Shown: piece after piece, positions 12,670 through 27,277 of the stretch
Layout of the letters: each line of letters begins with the position of its first letter
Numbering within the stretch: the first letter of the stretch is position 1
Source: Octopus vulgaris
Taxonomy: Eukaryota
Assembly (NCBI GenBank): GCA_951406725.2
Contig: OX597825.1
Coordinates: forward strand, 63,178,001-63,242,000
Direction of reading: 5' to 3'
DNA length: 64,000 nucleotides
The notes under the pieces: generated by a model
Seen by the model: only the letters and a program-made list of their open reading frames with translations
The model's database searches: none
What the model was told of the DNA's origin: nothing
Made by a program: the position numbers and the translations under genes

Positions 12670-13765
12670 TCCGTAACTTTCTTTCAGCATTTACTTACAT
12701 TAAGTGGATCATTGAAACTAAGACAAGCTAAGCATTGGAAATTAGATTAACAGGGGCATTAAAACTAAGGCACAGCAGAAACTGGAGCAAGAGGAATAGT
12801 GGGTGCCATTAGATATCGTGAAGCAGTCTAGTACATGCCAGTATAGAAAGTAGAGGATATGAAATTATGTATCATCATCATCACCACCACCACCACCACC
12901 ACCACCACCACCACCAACATCATCATCATCATCATCATCATCGTCGTCGTAAATGCTTACACATGTGTGCGTGCGCACACACACACATGCACAGACACAC
13001 TCACACACATATTTGCACCCCTCCACACACACATATATATATGGAGAGAGAGAGAGATGCATACTTACATATATACAAATATACATATGTATATACACAC
13101 ATATTTCTATATATGTATATACTTCTACTCATATATCTATGTATGTATTTGTATATGTGTGTGTATGTGTGCATATATATATATATATGTATATTAATAA
13201 TTATGTATGTATGTATGCATCCTATTACTCTGTCATTCTCTCTCCCTCACTCCTCCTCCCTTGCACATGTGGCTCCCATGAGACCATCGGCCATCTTTCT
13301 TTGTTTCTCTCTGTTGTAGCTGGAACAAGGAAGACGTGTTCTTGTTTGTCTTTTGTCCTAGCTTGATTTACACGTTCACCACCACAACCTCGTTTAGGCT
13401 TAGCAGCCCCTCCTGTTTTCTTTCACTGTCCTGTTTGTGTTACCTATTTTGTCCCTCCGCAAAATCCCAAATTTCATTTAATTTGGTTTGTGGGAGCCAC
13501 TGTTTTAACAAAAGTGTATATTGTTATTAAATGCTCGAAATACGAGAGTAGTAAAACATCCAACAACTGATGAAGAGCCGTACTTTATGTTGTTTGTTTT
13601 GTTTTTCATTTGTGTCTTTTGTTGTTCATGTTCCATGTACTCATGCTTCTTACTTTTTTTGTACAATTTTCATGACGTCCTGTGCCCACATATGCATATA
13701 TATATATATACATATAGATGTAAGTATGTACATATACGTATGTATATATGCATATATATATTATT

Positions 13766-13804
<39 letters not shown>

Positions 13805-13807
<3 letters not shown>

Positions 13808-15062
13808 GTTCTGATCAATAACTATCCGGACTCTTGCTATAGTAACGAAACTAAATCATGCAGAGTGAAGCCATTTAGCACAAATTGACCTAGGCCTCTG
13901 CTGTGCCTGTGCACTAAGTTTTAATATTCTAGATTACTTCCACTGTTTACAGCAATACTTGGAAGGAACCTGTGTAGCATGTGAACATCACATTGACCAT
14001 GACAGGAAGTTGAGCAGAGAATCTGCATTAAATTTTGCCAAAAGCTTGGTGATACCTGCTCAGATGCCTATGCAAAGTTGCAGAAAGTTTATGGAGAGGA
14101 GTGTATGAGCATCACACAAGTGTAAGTGTGTTTTAGACGTTTCCAAGATGGCTGAAAAATCTCAATAAATGCAAATGTTCTGGGAGACCTGTGACCAACA
14201 GAATTGATAAAAACATCATAGATGTCCGGACGGTTGTGAAGAGAAATGGTCGAATCACCATCTGTGATTTATCAGAGGATATGCAGATTAGTTATGGCTC
14301 AATTCAGTCCATTATCACTGAAGATTTGGATATGAGGAATGTGTCTGCGAAGCTTTGTATCAAAACTGCTTTCAGCTGGCCAAAATGTCACTCGGGTTTC
14401 AATTGCATAAGATATCCTTGATTGCGTGGAGAATGGTGAAAACGTTTTGAAAACTGTCATAACAGGTGATGAATCATAGTTCTATGGCTATGACCCCAAA
14501 AGAAGGCACAGTCTTTGCAGTGGAAGACCCCAGCTACTCCAAGACCAAAGAAAGCACGAATAAGTCAAAGCAATGTGAACACATGGTTCAACACTTTCTT
14601 TGACTACAAGGCGATTGTTCATCATAGGTATGATCCACTTGGTCAGACAGTAAACAAGGTGTACTACCATACTACCATGACGTTTTGCAGCATTTGTAGG
14701 ATGCTATTGATCTGAAAAGGCCACAATTGCATGCATCCGGTGAGTGGTAATTGCACCATGACAATGTATCTACTCATTCAGAGCAATTGATGCAGCAGTT
14801 TTTGGCTAAGCATAGCATTCCCCTGGTCTGACAGCCACTGTATTCCCCAGATCTCACCCATTACAACTTTTTCAGCTTACCAAAATTCAAATCCCGCTTG
14901 AAAGGAAGAAGATTTCAGGATGATGAGGGAACCAAAGTAAATGTGATGAAGCAGGTACTGATTGTCCTGGGGACTACTTTGATGGAGATTAAATACCAAA
15001 TTGGTACTAGGTGTAGTTTTATTTTTATAGTACCAGTCCAGATACTTATTGAGCAGACCTCG
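13805..15062 (+). mobile_element. Near full-length degenerate mariner (DD34D) transposon
   Basis: Imperfect ~28-bp TIRs (catgttctgatcaataactatccggact / agtccagatacttattgagcagacctcg), TA flanks; disrupted transposase with EQRICIKFC, ITGDES, QWKTPATPRPKKAR, LHHDN and YSPDL motifs. Confidence 0.9.
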
Positions 15063-15065
15063 CTC

Positions 15066-15107
<42 letters not shown>

Positions 15108-15125
15108 CCATATGTATATCTATAT

Positions 15126-15173
<48 letters not shown>

Positions 15174-15210
15174 CTCTCTAGCTCTCTCCCTATCTATCTG
15201 TATATATTTG

Positions 15211-15242
<32 letters not shown>

Positions 15243-15252
15243 TGTATGTATG

Positions 15253-15291
<39 letters not shown>

Positions 15292-16446
15292 ATGCTCACA
15301 TACAAGCATAAAAATACAAAAATACATTCTTATATGCATGCACACAAACATTGAAACATACAGATAGGCAAGTACTCATCAATCCATCCATACTCATATA
15401 CATACATTCATACATACATACATACATACATACATACATAATGCATACATACATACATACATACATACATACATACATACATACATACATACACAAATTA
15501 ATTTTTTTTTTTCACAACTTTTCGTAGCAAAACAAACTGTAGACAGATTATTAATAAAAGAGTTCAACAGTCTCTCCAACAGCTTTGTTTTTAATCATAA
15601 ACAATCGTTGCCACTCCCATGTTGTTCTGAATATATTTCAATGAGTATTGGAACTAAATTAATAGTAATTAACAATGGCCTTTTGAAAAATTATTAAACA
15701 AATTATATTGTAAAACATGAAATATATTTTTCTTGCTTATTTTTCTCCGAAATCTATTTGATAAATAAAACCTTTAAACTTCGAAAATTTGATTAAAACT
15801 TTCCATATGAAATCGCAGGCCGCACCTTCTATGCAGTTAAGTAGATTAAAATTTGTTTCTTAAAGAAAATAAAAACAACAACAACAACAATCACAGCAAT
15901 AAAAAGAAAATGAAAACAAAAGCAAAATTTATGTCGATTCTTCACTTTGCTTTATGGAAGTTATAAATATGGAGTAATTATATTTGTTAGCAGCTTTCAT
16001 TAAAGTTGAAGATGGTGAAGTTGGTGCTGTGTTTTGCTGGTTTTCTTGTTGTTGCTGATTTGTAAATATTGCTTTGGTCACTGAATTTAGGTGGAATATG
16101 TTATTTGTAGTTTAATTTCTTTTCATTTTCTTTGATTGTTTTAATTTATTGGGTTTTTTTTTTTAATAAAGACAAAAATGAATTTATGGTACTATAAAAT
16201 TGATTATTGATGAAGAAAAACTTATACATACACACATACAAACCCGCACACACACATATGTATATATATTAACATAAATATATATATATATATATATACA
16301 TACAGAGATATACATGTAAATATATATATAATAATCTATCTATCTATCTATATATATATATATATACATATGCATATATATATGTATATATATATATACA
16401 TACGTATGTATATATATATATATATATATATACCCGTATATATACT

Positions 16447-16482
<36 letters not shown>

Positions 16483-16617
16483 TATATATACACATATATA
16501 TATATACATAAATATATATATATATATATATACACACACATATATATACATATATATACATCCATATGTATATATATATATACATATATATAAATATAAA
16601 TATATATATATGTATAA

Positions 16618-16651
<34 letters not shown>

Positions 16652-16709
16652 GTATATATCTTAAAAAATACAAAATATTTTTTTTCAAAAAGAATTTTAT
16701 CCTCACATT

Positions 16710-16775
<66 letters not shown>

Positions 16776-17067
16776 GAATCAACATCATTATTTAATATCC
16801 ATCTTCCATGCCTGCATGGGCAGGACAATTGGCAGGAACCAGCCAGGTAGAAGATTACCTGAGGCTATTGTGTTTGTTTTGGCAGGATTTTAGGGTTGGA
16901 TGCCTTTTCAAAAGCTAACCACTTTACAGTGTGGATTGGACATTTCGGGGGGGGGGGTATGTATGTGTGTGTGTGTGTGTTTGTCCATTCTGAGACACTG
17001 ACACTGCAGCCAGCAATGGTGACATGGACAAAGATGGCAATAAGAAAAAGAAATAGAAAGATATATA

Positions 17068-17121
<54 letters not shown>

Positions 17122-17321
17122 TGTACAATATGATTCTTTTAATCTCCCACACTCATTATCTTTCGGTCAGATTGGCTGTAATAGAAAATGCTTGCCCACA
17201 ATGCTGTAGCATTAGAATGACCCCAAATGTATGCAGTTAAGCAGCAAACTTCTTAACAACACACACACACATATCAAAGTAAACGTGCTAAACAGTGTTT
17301 ATGTATAATCACAATTTAGGT

Positions 17322-17360
17322 TAGCTGACAAGTCAATAAACGTGAAACATTGATGTCTCA
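17322..17360 (+). ncRNA. Degenerate hammerhead motif
   Basis: CTGACaA...GAAA-cattgatg-TC; two differences are explained by CpG decay of CTGACGA and catcgatg; helices I and II are poor. Confidence 0.35.
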
Positions 17361-17519
17361 GATTCCCGAGAGAGGGCAACACTGAGCAAACAGGGTGTTT
17401 TCAACCCTTTTTATCATAAGAAAGATGTTTTTCTCCACAGTAACTGCAGTGTATTTACCTTTAGCACTTGAAATATATGACAAACGTATTTCAACTAACA
17501 TAAAGTGTGATTATATATA

Positions 17520-18023
17520 TTGGGTTGACCGGAAAGTTTGTGCCGATTTTTAAAGGAAAGAAAAAGGTCAATAAATACTTGCCATTACATTTTTAATCAA
17601 CCAAGTATGAACCATTTTATTGCACAATGCGTCTCCATCTTTCCTTTAACTTGAAAATCCCTTCTTCCCAGAATTGAGGGGATTTCATGGCAAAGAATTG
17701 ATCAAGGTATCTTTTTACGTCATCCAAGGAATTGAAATTTTTACTATTAAGACTATTCGGCAGAGACCTGAATAAGTGGAAATCCGAAGGAGCAATATCT
17801 TTGAATATGGAGGGTGGGGTAACACATCCCAGCCGAGCTGCAGCAATTTTTGTCTGGTTCCCAAAGCATCAAGTGCCGAAAATGAACTTTCTTATCTTCT
17901 ATTTTAAAGGGTTACAGAATTAACACAGGTTATAGGAACATAAATCTTCTTCCACGGAAAGATAGCTTAAACTGTGCTAATGTAAGCTACTATAAATCGG
18001 CATGAACTTTCTGGACAACCCAA
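17520..18023 (-). mobile_element. Internally deleted mariner
   Basis: ~30-bp TIRs ttgggttgaccggaaagtttgtgccgattt / aaatcggcatgaactttctggacaacccaa in TA; C-terminal DIAPSDFHLFRSL...LKERWRRIV on the minus strand. Confidence 0.9.
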
Positions 18024-18754
18024 TATATATATATATATACATATACACGTGCACACAAACACACACTTGTGTGTGTGTGTCCATCGTATGACATAGGCAC
18101 TACTGCCACTACTCATGAGATGGATAATGAAGAAGATAAAAAGAAGAAACCAAGGTGACGATGGTAGAGAATGAGAGCTGGAAATAGGTAGAAAGAAATA
18201 GCAAAGACAAAAGAAGACATAAGGCAGAAGAGGATGATAATAACTACGAAGTATAATGATTTGATTGGACTGTGGTGAAAGTTATTAAACAGTCAGCTAA
18301 TTGTTGAGTTAATTATTTTGTGTGAAAGTATTCAGCAATCAAAATCAACAAATGAATGAAGAATTAATCTATTATAAATATAGGATTGTTCAAAGAATAT
18401 ATTTTGGTGTGTTTAGATTAATTGTAGATATGGTTTAGATGGAAGGAGAAACTCTCTATAAATGGCAAGCTGAAAATGGTTATGGAAGATCTTACTGTAA
18501 TGTTTGATGGTTCGCAGGCTGGAACTGTCGGTATTGTGTTGCATCGTCTTCAGAGCCAAAGTATTTCACTATCAGTGGCTGAGTCTACTTAGCTATAATT
18601 TGTTGCTGTTGCTTGTTATTTGCTCCAAGTTAATCTACCATGTCTGGGCTGTCTTATTCACTCAAGAAATAGCAGTTTGCTCAATTAAGAGCAACTCATC
18701 TGAACAAATACTAAATACAAAATGTGCACTTACAGTGTAAAGTGCAACCTTACT

Positions 18755-19400
18755 CATCATCATCAACAACAACAACAACAACAACATTTAATGACTGTTT
18801 TCCATGCTAAAATGGGTTCGACAGCTTAACAGGAACTGGAATGGCCATCGGCCACACCAGGATCCTTAGTCTGTTTTGACTGGTTTCTACAGCTGAATGC
18901 CCTTCCTAACACCAACTACTTTGCAGAGTGTAGTTGTGCTTTTTACATGGCCCCAGCACCCACACCAATGCTTTGTTTTACATGTCACCTTAGTTTTAAG
19001 ATCTCAATTCTGTTGTGGTGGCTGGACCCTCTTGTGTACAGCAGTGTGCCACATATCGCAATCCTCTGTCCTCTCCTTCATAAGGCTCAGTGTTCTGAGA
19101 TTGGCCTTCAAATATTTCATTCCATATCTTCCTGAGTCTTCCTCTTCCACAAATTCTTTCCATTTTAAGTGATCGGCACTTCTTTATGCAACTGTCATAC
19201 CCTCCCTCGTCGCATGACCTAACCAACACAGTCTCCTCTCTTGAACACTGTATTTAATTCCCTTTATGCCCGACTTCTCTCTCAAAACACTTGTGTTCTG
19301 TCACCCATGGCCACTAACATCGCACAGCCAAGAGAGCATACCAGTTTCGTTTCTTTCCAGTCTTCACATGTCCTCCACATTCAGGGCTCACAACTCCCAT
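18755..19400 (-). mobile_element. RTE-clade LINE 3' fragment with (CAT/CAA)n tail
   Basis: Minus strand DSCIKKCRSLKMERICGRGRLRKIWNEI (GRGRPRK.W motif); 3' tail homologous to 19585-19780. Confidence 0.7.
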
Positions 19401-19409
19401 AATTTTCTT

Positions 19410-19748
19410 AACTTATTAACATCAATGGAAATTGCAGCTGTGATACCAGTGCCGGTGGTACGTAAGAGAACCATCCAAACGTGGCTGTCGCCAGCACTGC
19501 CCCGACTGCCCTCATGCCGGTGGCACGTAAAAAGCACTATCCAATCATGGCCGTTGCCAGCCTCACCTGGCACCTGTGCCGGAGGCATGTAAAAAGCACC
19601 TACTACACTCATGGAGTGGTTGGTGTTAGGAAGGGCATCCAGCCATAGAAACATTGCCAGATCAGACTGGGCCTGGTGCAGCCTTCTGGCTTCCCGGACC
19701 CCAGTTGAACCGTCCAACCCATGCTAGCATGGAAAGCGGACGCTAAAC

Positions 19749-19781
<33 letters not shown>
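19410..19781 (+). mobile_element. RTE-tail-related SINE-like repeat with (GAT)n tail
   Basis: gttaggaagggcatccagcc...aacccatgctagcatggaaagcggacgctaaac(gat)n; degenerate copies at ~1715-1900, 16785-16945, 22090-22220, 25820-25930 (minus) and 35880-35970 (plus). Confidence 0.7.
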
Positions 19782-19782
<1 letters not shown>

Positions 19783-21292
19783 AACCAAAAATGAATGGAA
19801 AAAAGAAATAATAAAAATAAAGAAAATAAAAACAAAAATTCCTATTTGAATAATAAGACACTAATTCCCCTTTTAATCCATGTAGAATAAAAGAACATCA
19901 CATTGATTATTCCCTTGCTTTTCTTTAAGACTATTTTAAATAAAGAAAAAAACAAACAAAATATCAAAACAGATATACTAAAATTAAAAAAAAAAATGAA
20001 AGAAAACAAACAAAGAAACAAAATAGATGACATTTCCAGATAACCTAAATCTATTTAAGTCATTTAAACTGTTCTTCTGTTGGGAAAGCTGTTGAATAGG
20101 TAATCTTGTGAAACAGTTTCCTGATTAATCCGGCAAACAATAATCAGTTGATGACTTTGGTTCTGGTTGACAAGAAACACATTTTACTGACAATGAATCA
20201 TTAACAAGACATTGCATTTACTATGCAGTATATCCTTTTAAACCCATGCTGTCACTTTTAATTACTCTCCTCTTCAGAACATCCTCTACTCTTCTCTATA
20301 CCCTTTCTTCTTAGGTAGTTTTTTTTTTTATTTTCTAGTCCATGATAATTGCTTTACATTTTAATCAGTCAAAGTCCATTGTTCTTATCTAATATAGTCA
20401 GAATTCTTTTAGTTGGAGCAAAATATTTTTTTATAGTTCTGTGCCTTTTCCGCTTTTAATCCCATAAGGTATGAAATTTATCATCCGAATCAGTGTTATA
20501 TTATGTACCTATTTCTTTACTACCCACAGAGAGGACAAACAAAGATAGACAAACGGATTAAGTTGATTACATCGACCCCAGTGTGTAACTAGTACTTATT
20601 TAATCGACCCCCAAAAGGATGAAAGGCAAAGTCGACCTCGGTGGAATTTGAACTCAGAACATGCTAACGATTCTGCTAGCTCGCCGCCTTAGCTATATTA
20701 TGTACCTTTCCAACCTTTTCACACAATGGATATATCTTTTGTTGTTTGGTCACACAACGATACAGTTTCTTAAATTTAAAGTCATCTTATCCCATTGTTT
20801 TATGAGCATTACAGACCCTAAATTTTGGCACATGGCCAGCAATTTCAAGGAGGAGGTTAAGTTGATTATATCGACCCCAATATTCAACTGGTACTTATTT
20901 TATCAACTCCGAAAGGATGAAGGGCAAAGTCGACCGTGGCAGAATTTCAACTCAGAATGTGAAGAAAGATGAAATGTTGCTAAGTATTTTGCTGGCAGAC
21001 TAACGATTCTTCCAGCTTAGGCATAACTTAGTATAATTAGCTAGCAATGAAATTTACAGAGATAAGGATATCTCTGTAATAACCATATATTGAATTTTAT
21101 TGAGTAAGTTATAAATGTCACCTTTGATTTTCCTCCATCGTAGAGCAATTATATTATGAAGTAGTAATGCATGGACAATGGACTGGCAGAATTGTAAGGA
21201 CGTTGGATGAAATGCCTTAAAATATTTGTTCCATCCCTTTACATTCTGAATTTGTCATTGAAAACACTGAAGCCAAACTATATTCGTCTTAC

Positions 21293-21361
21293 CTTGGGTA
21301 ACATTAATGATAATAAAAGGTGAGTCTCACTGTTAAAGTCAAATGTTGGCATTCTATAAAA
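21293..21361 (-). CDS. Candidate minus-strand exon, unknown gene
   Basis: Acceptor gtgtttttgcag, donor aag|gtaaga, 69 nt, FYRMPTFDFNSETHLLLSLMLPK. Confidence 0.2.
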
Positions 21362-21526
21362 CTGCAAAAACACTTCAGCTAGGCCTGCATTTCAAAGAAG
21401 AACTTTCCAGATATAGCTATATGACCATTGTAGTTCAGCAGAACTCTGAGACGATAGTAACCATGCCTTCAATAATAGAGGTATGACTGATGATGTCTTA
21501 ATAAGTTATTGGTATATTCTTAATTG

Positions 21527-21775
21527 TGGAGGTGCATGGCTTAGTGGTTAGGGTGTTGAACTCATGATTATAAGGTTGTGGTTTCGATTCCTGGACCAGG
21601 CAACGCATTGTGTTCTTGAGCAAAACACTTCATTTCACATTGCTTCAGTCCACTCAGCTGGCAAAAATGAGTAATCCTGTGATGGATTGGCGTCCCATCC
21701 AGATGGCGAATTTCTATGCCATTGAAATCAGGAAACTGGCCCTTATGAGCCTGGCATGGCTCAAGAAGGAACATT
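21527..21775 (+). mobile_element. tRNA-derived SINE family C
   Basis: A box tggcttagtggtta, B-box-like gtttcgattcc, body cttgagcaaaacacttcatttcac...gatggattggcgtcccatccag; relatives at 2140-2330, 23275-23455, 38281-38525 (plus) and 62000-62220 (minus). Confidence 0.8.
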
Positions 21776-22741
21776 TTTTTTTATATTCTTAATTGGACTT
21801 GCAAGACTAGACAGAAAAGAAAGAAAGTTATAACTTGCCTAAGAATATACCACCTCAAATCTAGACAGAATATATTTACCTTGAATACTATATCATGGGG
21901 TATTTATGCAACTACACATCCTGCGATAATCACATTCTAATTATGGTAGCTGCAGGTAGATTAAAATTTTGGATGACATATTCCAATGCAATGCAATTTT
22001 TTGAAAGCTCACATTTAAAAAATCTTCTCAGAATTGTGAAATGAATCAGGCTGACATTTATTTAATTATTCTAATTTAATTTTATTTTGGTTGGATGGGT
22101 TTTATTTGGAGTTTCTTCCCACCTAGATGGGTCAGAGCACTTTGTTTTGGTTTTATATTCTGGTATGGTTTCTATGGCTGGTTGCCATTCCTAGCATCTT
22201 CCACATTACAAAGTGTACTTGCTGCTGAATATTGTGGTGCCAACAACAACAACAACAACAACACTAGACTAGCTGTTATATTCTCAACAAAACATCGATT
22301 TTCTAGTCTTCTGAGTAATAAGATATCATTAAAATATTCTCAATTGGATGTTAAATGATTTGCAAGAGTAGATAAAAAAAAGAAGGAAAATAAGAACTGC
22401 ATTTACAATACACCACCACAAATCTATCATATTAAATTGACCATGAATACCAGGATGTAGGGCCTCATATAACTAGAAAACTACTAAAATATCATCTGAG
22501 TGACTACACATATGTCTAGTGAAAAATAATGAAAGTATAACACAAATGGCTACAAAATATGAAGACAAAAACTTTTGCTCTTCTGTGTTAAGTAATTCCA
22601 AGCAGAGACTAAAATAATAACTACTTGTAAGAAGAAAAGAGGAACAACATCATAAGTTATCTGGAAAATGTTAGAACTAGACAAGGAATGAAGATGCAAA
22701 ATTATCATGTTTAAACTCGTTGATTGTTGTTGATTTCTTTT

Positions 22742-23144
22742 GGCATAGGAGCGGCTGTGAGGTAAGTAGCTTGCTTACCAACCACATGGTTCCGGGTTCA
22801 GTCCCACCACGTGGCACCTTGGGCAAGTGTCTTCTACTGTAGCCTCAGGCTGACCAAAGCCTTGTGAGTGGATTTGGTAGACGGAAATTGAAAGAAGCCC
22901 GTCGTATTTATGTATATGTATATGTATATATTTGTGTATGTTTGTCACCCCAATATTGCTTGACAACCAATGCTGGTGCGTTTACGTCCCCGTAACTTAA
23001 TGGTTCGGCAAAAGAGACCGATAGAATAAGTACTAGGCTTACAAAGAATAAGTCCTGGGGTTGATTTGCTCGATAAAGGTGGTGCTCCAGCATGGCCACA
23101 GTCAAATAACTGAAACAAGTAAAAGAGTAAAAGAGTAAAGAGTA
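22742..23144 (+). mobile_element. SINE family A, full length
   Basis: Homologous to 6400-6815. Confidence 0.85.
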
Positions 23145-23458
23145 AGAAAAGAATCCCTAAATGGTCAGTATCTGAAAAATTATCCCTAATGGAAAAGCAG
23201 AATATTTGATTGTGATACAGCATTAAGGCCTTCCTATTATATATTCACCATGAGCAAGTAATGAATTATTGTACAGGCTTGTGACTTAGAGGTTACATTG
23301 TTTAATTCATGGTTGTAAGATTGAGCTTTTGATTCCTGAACTGGGTGATGCATTGTGTTTTTGAGTAAAACACTTCATTTCATTTTGCTCCAGTTCTCCC
23401 AGCTGGCAAGAGTAAGTAATTCTGCGATGGACCAGTTCTCATCCAGGTGGAGAATATT

Positions 23459-24746
23459 TTGGGTCATCCCATAAATAATGTAGCTTTTTTATACTTCTTT
23501 TATTCTTCAAAATTAAGATAAACAAAGTTTTTTTTAATCTAAAATATACACTTCTTCATTTTCTACAATGTTCTTCCATCTATCTGGCAGACTTGCAAGG
23601 CCCCTCTTACAAAATTGATTTGTCCATGATGAAAAGTACTTCTCTAGTACTGTTCTGACCTTGTTTACAGAATTCCTATTTTTTCCGTCCAAATGATTTT
23701 GAAGACAGAGTAATAAAGGATAATCAGATAATAAATGATAATCAAATGTCCAGCAAATATGGTGTGTGGGGCATTGTTTTCCATTCAAACTGCTACAGCT
23801 TTTGGAATGTTATCCTCACTGTATGTGGCCGAACATTATCCTGATGAAAGAACACCTTCATCTTGAAACCAAAGATGTTCATTTTTCTTTTAGCACTGAC
23901 TTAAACTGCTCAAGTTGCTCACAGTAGATCTCCCTTTGTTATCATTTTGTTTGGGTTTAAAAGTTCAAAGTTGATTAAACCTTTCATATCCCACCAAACA
24001 GATAACAACACATTATGTGATTTGAAGACCTTCTTTAGCCTAGGTTGCCAGTATTTTTCCTTTCCCTATCCACTGTTTTCAGCACTTGACATTTTTATAC
24101 AGAATTCATTTCTCATCACCAGTCACTATTTGGTCCAAAAAAGGTTCATCCGTGAGATGTAACAGCAAAGATGAGTATAGATTTGCTCTCTATGCTTGAT
24201 TAGACTCAGCAAGTTTGTGAGGAACCCATTGACCCAATTTTCTGACTTTACTGATGGCACGCAGCTGTTGATGAATAGTGGAATGATGAACTCCGAGCTT
24301 CTCTGCTAGTTTCTCAACATTTACGATGGGATTTTGTTCCAGGACATCCTCATCGAGCTCTACAGGTGTTCCAGCATGCAGCATATCTTCTAGGCTGTAG
24401 TTTCTGGCTCAGAATGTCTGGAACTACCGTTGACACTAGCTTATACTTATTGCGAGATCCTCATATACTGCATCAATATTCCTCACACTTTCCATTGCCT
24501 TGCTGCCTTGATTGAACTCATAAAGCAAAATATGCCAAATATGTTTCTTTGTCACTTCCATTATAACTTCGAAAAAATAACTGTTAAAATTGAACTGTAC
24601 TCTTCAAAACTTGCACTAAGAATAAGCACAAAGTAAAATTACTACCTGCTTTTATAGCAAGTTGATGCTTGTAGTTTATCCGGTCTCCCTCCAACTTTTA
24701 GTTCATGCAATTGAAAAAAAACTGTATTATTTATGGGTTGACCCAA
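23459..24746 (-). mobile_element. Full-length degenerate mariner transposon
   Basis: TIRs ttgggtcatcccataaataat / attatttatgggttgacccaa; minus-strand transposase from MEVTKKHIWHILLYEF (24561) through KLGQWVPHKL to LPDRWKNIVENEEVYILD (23534), with stops and frameshifts. Confidence 0.9.
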
Positions 24747-25965
24747 TATATGCAATGGAAACCAGGAAGCTTGCATGAAATAAATTGTTAGGCAATTGCC
24801 AGATATGCAGAAGTTAAGAATAAATAATTAATTACATAGTTTCTAACAGCCTAAACCTAAGTCAAAATGAATTCATCTGTATTCATGAACTTAAAATGCA
24901 AAGATCAATGAAACTGTTACAAGACGTCTGCCCCCTTGGCATGGCCAGAATAACCAGGAAAATATTAGATAACTGAAAAGAATCGGTAGCAGGTAGCAAG
25001 TTTACTATGCATGTAAGACTTCAGGAGTTCCAATAAAACCTGTGATAAAAAGAAATAATCATAATAACAACAATAATAATAATAAATGTTTCTACTATAA
25101 GTACAAGGCCTGAAATTTGGAGTTTATGCCAAAATTATGAAACAGTAGCAGAACAGAAGTAGTATGAAGATACATGAGAAAATGTCTGAGAGATTGATAA
25201 AGAGATGCTAAGCTTTGGGCATACACTAAAGCCAATACAGATAGGGAAATCAAGGCTGGTTTTCGTTAAGGATTTTACCTCAAACAAGGGCTTGGAATCA
25301 CTAAAGGTGCTAAGGAACTACAAAACAAAACAAAAAAAAAAGAAAAGTAAAGAAAAGGCCTACAATTTTAAAAAGCTGTTGATTGATTAAAAATATAAAA
25401 GACTAAGTGTCATGGACCAGAAAAGAATAAGATGATGACAATGAGTTCCGGATATTAGCAGTTAGAGGAAAGACGCTACTAGAATAAAAAGACATGAGTG
25501 GCAAGAAGTTCAACAGAGGAACCAAGAGAAATGGGTGACAGATTCAAAGACCTCAACAGTGGGTACCAAACCAAAATAATCATCAGAATGAGCATAGAAA
25601 TACTTATAGAAAACACACAACAAAGATACATTCCAACAATGAGCCAAAGACTCCATCTCAGTAGACAAAAGAACATCCATTTTGATAATGAAAGTATCAG
25701 AGCTTCACCAGACAGTAATACATCTCAAAGAAATGGATAAATTGGCTAAAACTCTGAAATTAGAAGTAAAGACAACAAAACATAGGGACTGGGTAAAACA
25801 GCAATACATTATCCTCTTTTTAATATTCCTGTTTTTCCTTCAGGTTTCCATGGGTCAAACAAAATATAATGGGGCAGACATTCTGAAGTTATAGGCTCTC
25901 CTTGATGCCAACCCTCAGATTTCTACCAGTGAAAAAATATTTCTTGTAGTCCTTGGACTAAAATT

Positions 25966-26367
25966 GCTCTTTTACTATTTTACTTGTTTCAGTCATTTGA
26001 CTGTGGCCATGCTGGAGCACCACCTTTAGTCGAGCAAATCGACCCTAGGACTTATTCTTTGTAAGCCTAGTACTTATTATATCCGTCTCTTTTGCTGAAC
26101 TGCTAAGTGACAGGGACGTAAACACACCAGCATCAGTTGTCAAGCAATGTTGGGGGGACAAACACAGACACAAACTTTTACACACACTTACATATATATG
26201 CATATACGACGGGCTTCTTTCAGTTTCCATCTACCAAATCCACTCACAAGGTTTTGGTTGGCCCGAGGCTATTGTAGAAGACACTTGCCCACGGTACCAT
26301 GCAGTGGGACTGAACCTGGAACCATGTGGTTGGTAAGCAAGCTACTTACCACACAGCCACTCCTACG
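25966..26367 (-). mobile_element. SINE family A, full length
   Basis: Homologous to 6400-6815 in reverse. Confidence 0.85.
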
Positions 26368-27277
26368 GCTGCTGAATACATTTTCAATGCAGATTGTAAA
26401 CAAACAACACTGCTGCTATGATGGTAACATTTGTTTACAAGCAGCATGCAATACCAAGAGAAGAAGACTTGAATACATGTACACATACACATACACATGC
26501 ATACACAAGTATCATCATTATTAACCTCATCCAAATTGTGCCAAGGTAGACTTTACCTTTCATCCTTTAGGGGGTCAATAAAATTAATTCCAGCTGATCA
26601 TTAGGGTCTATGTAATCGCTGGTTTTGTGCCAAAATTTGAAATCATTATTAACCTCGTCATTTGATATCTTATTTCTTTATTGCCCACAAGGGGCTAAAC
26701 ATAGAGGGGACAAACAAGTACAGACAAACGGATTAAGTCGATTATATCGACCCGAGTGCATAACTGGTACTTAATTTATCGACCCCGAAAGGATGAAAGG
26801 CAAAGTCGACCTTGGCGGAATTTGAACTCAGAACGTAACGGCAGACGAAATACTGCTATGAAGGCATGAGTTGGACATATGCAGACACATACCATGAGCT
26901 TTATTCTGTTTCCTTCAACCAAATCAACTCACAAATCTTTCTTCGACCTAGGTCTATAAGGAAAAACACTTCTTCAAGGTCCTACCCAAGGTGTCTTTAC
27001 CTGACACCACTTGGGTCTGAAGCAAATTTCTTAACCAGACGGCAACGTCTGTTGCCCCTGCGTCATAACAAAACATGCATTGATGCAGACAAGTATATAA
27101 CCAAAACACTAGAACTGCACAAACATTATGGTAGTAGGTACTGCATGTCTATATTGTAAAGCTTACTTTTGAATTGTCAGTAGATACAAAGCCAAAAGAA
27201 AACACTTCACATTCCTAATACCAACAGAGCTGCACATGATAGATGCAGTGATTGTATGCAAATAGACATAAGACTGA

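Noticed and set aside
12433-12750. Recurrent ORF family ...GLLSVSVYQIHSQG...EDTCPRCH...
   Set aside because: It is the antisense translation of SINE family A, not a gene family.
15929-16080. Minus-strand Q/S/T-rich possible terminal exon
   Set aside because: Weak acceptor, low complexity, and phase incompatible with the nearest minus-strand candidate exon.
10815-16788. Many YI/HT/CV-repeat ORFs
   Set aside because: These are dinucleotide and tetranucleotide microsatellite translations.
20125-20220. Minus-strand CLVND...KCVSCQ resembling a RanBP2 zinc finger
   Set aside because: It lacks the first W-x-C and is bounded by stops.
21527-21605. tRNA gene-like A/B boxes here and at 4369-4443, 29700-29775 and 38281-38355
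   Set aside because: No complete cloverleaf, and each continues into a repeated body, so they are SINE heads.
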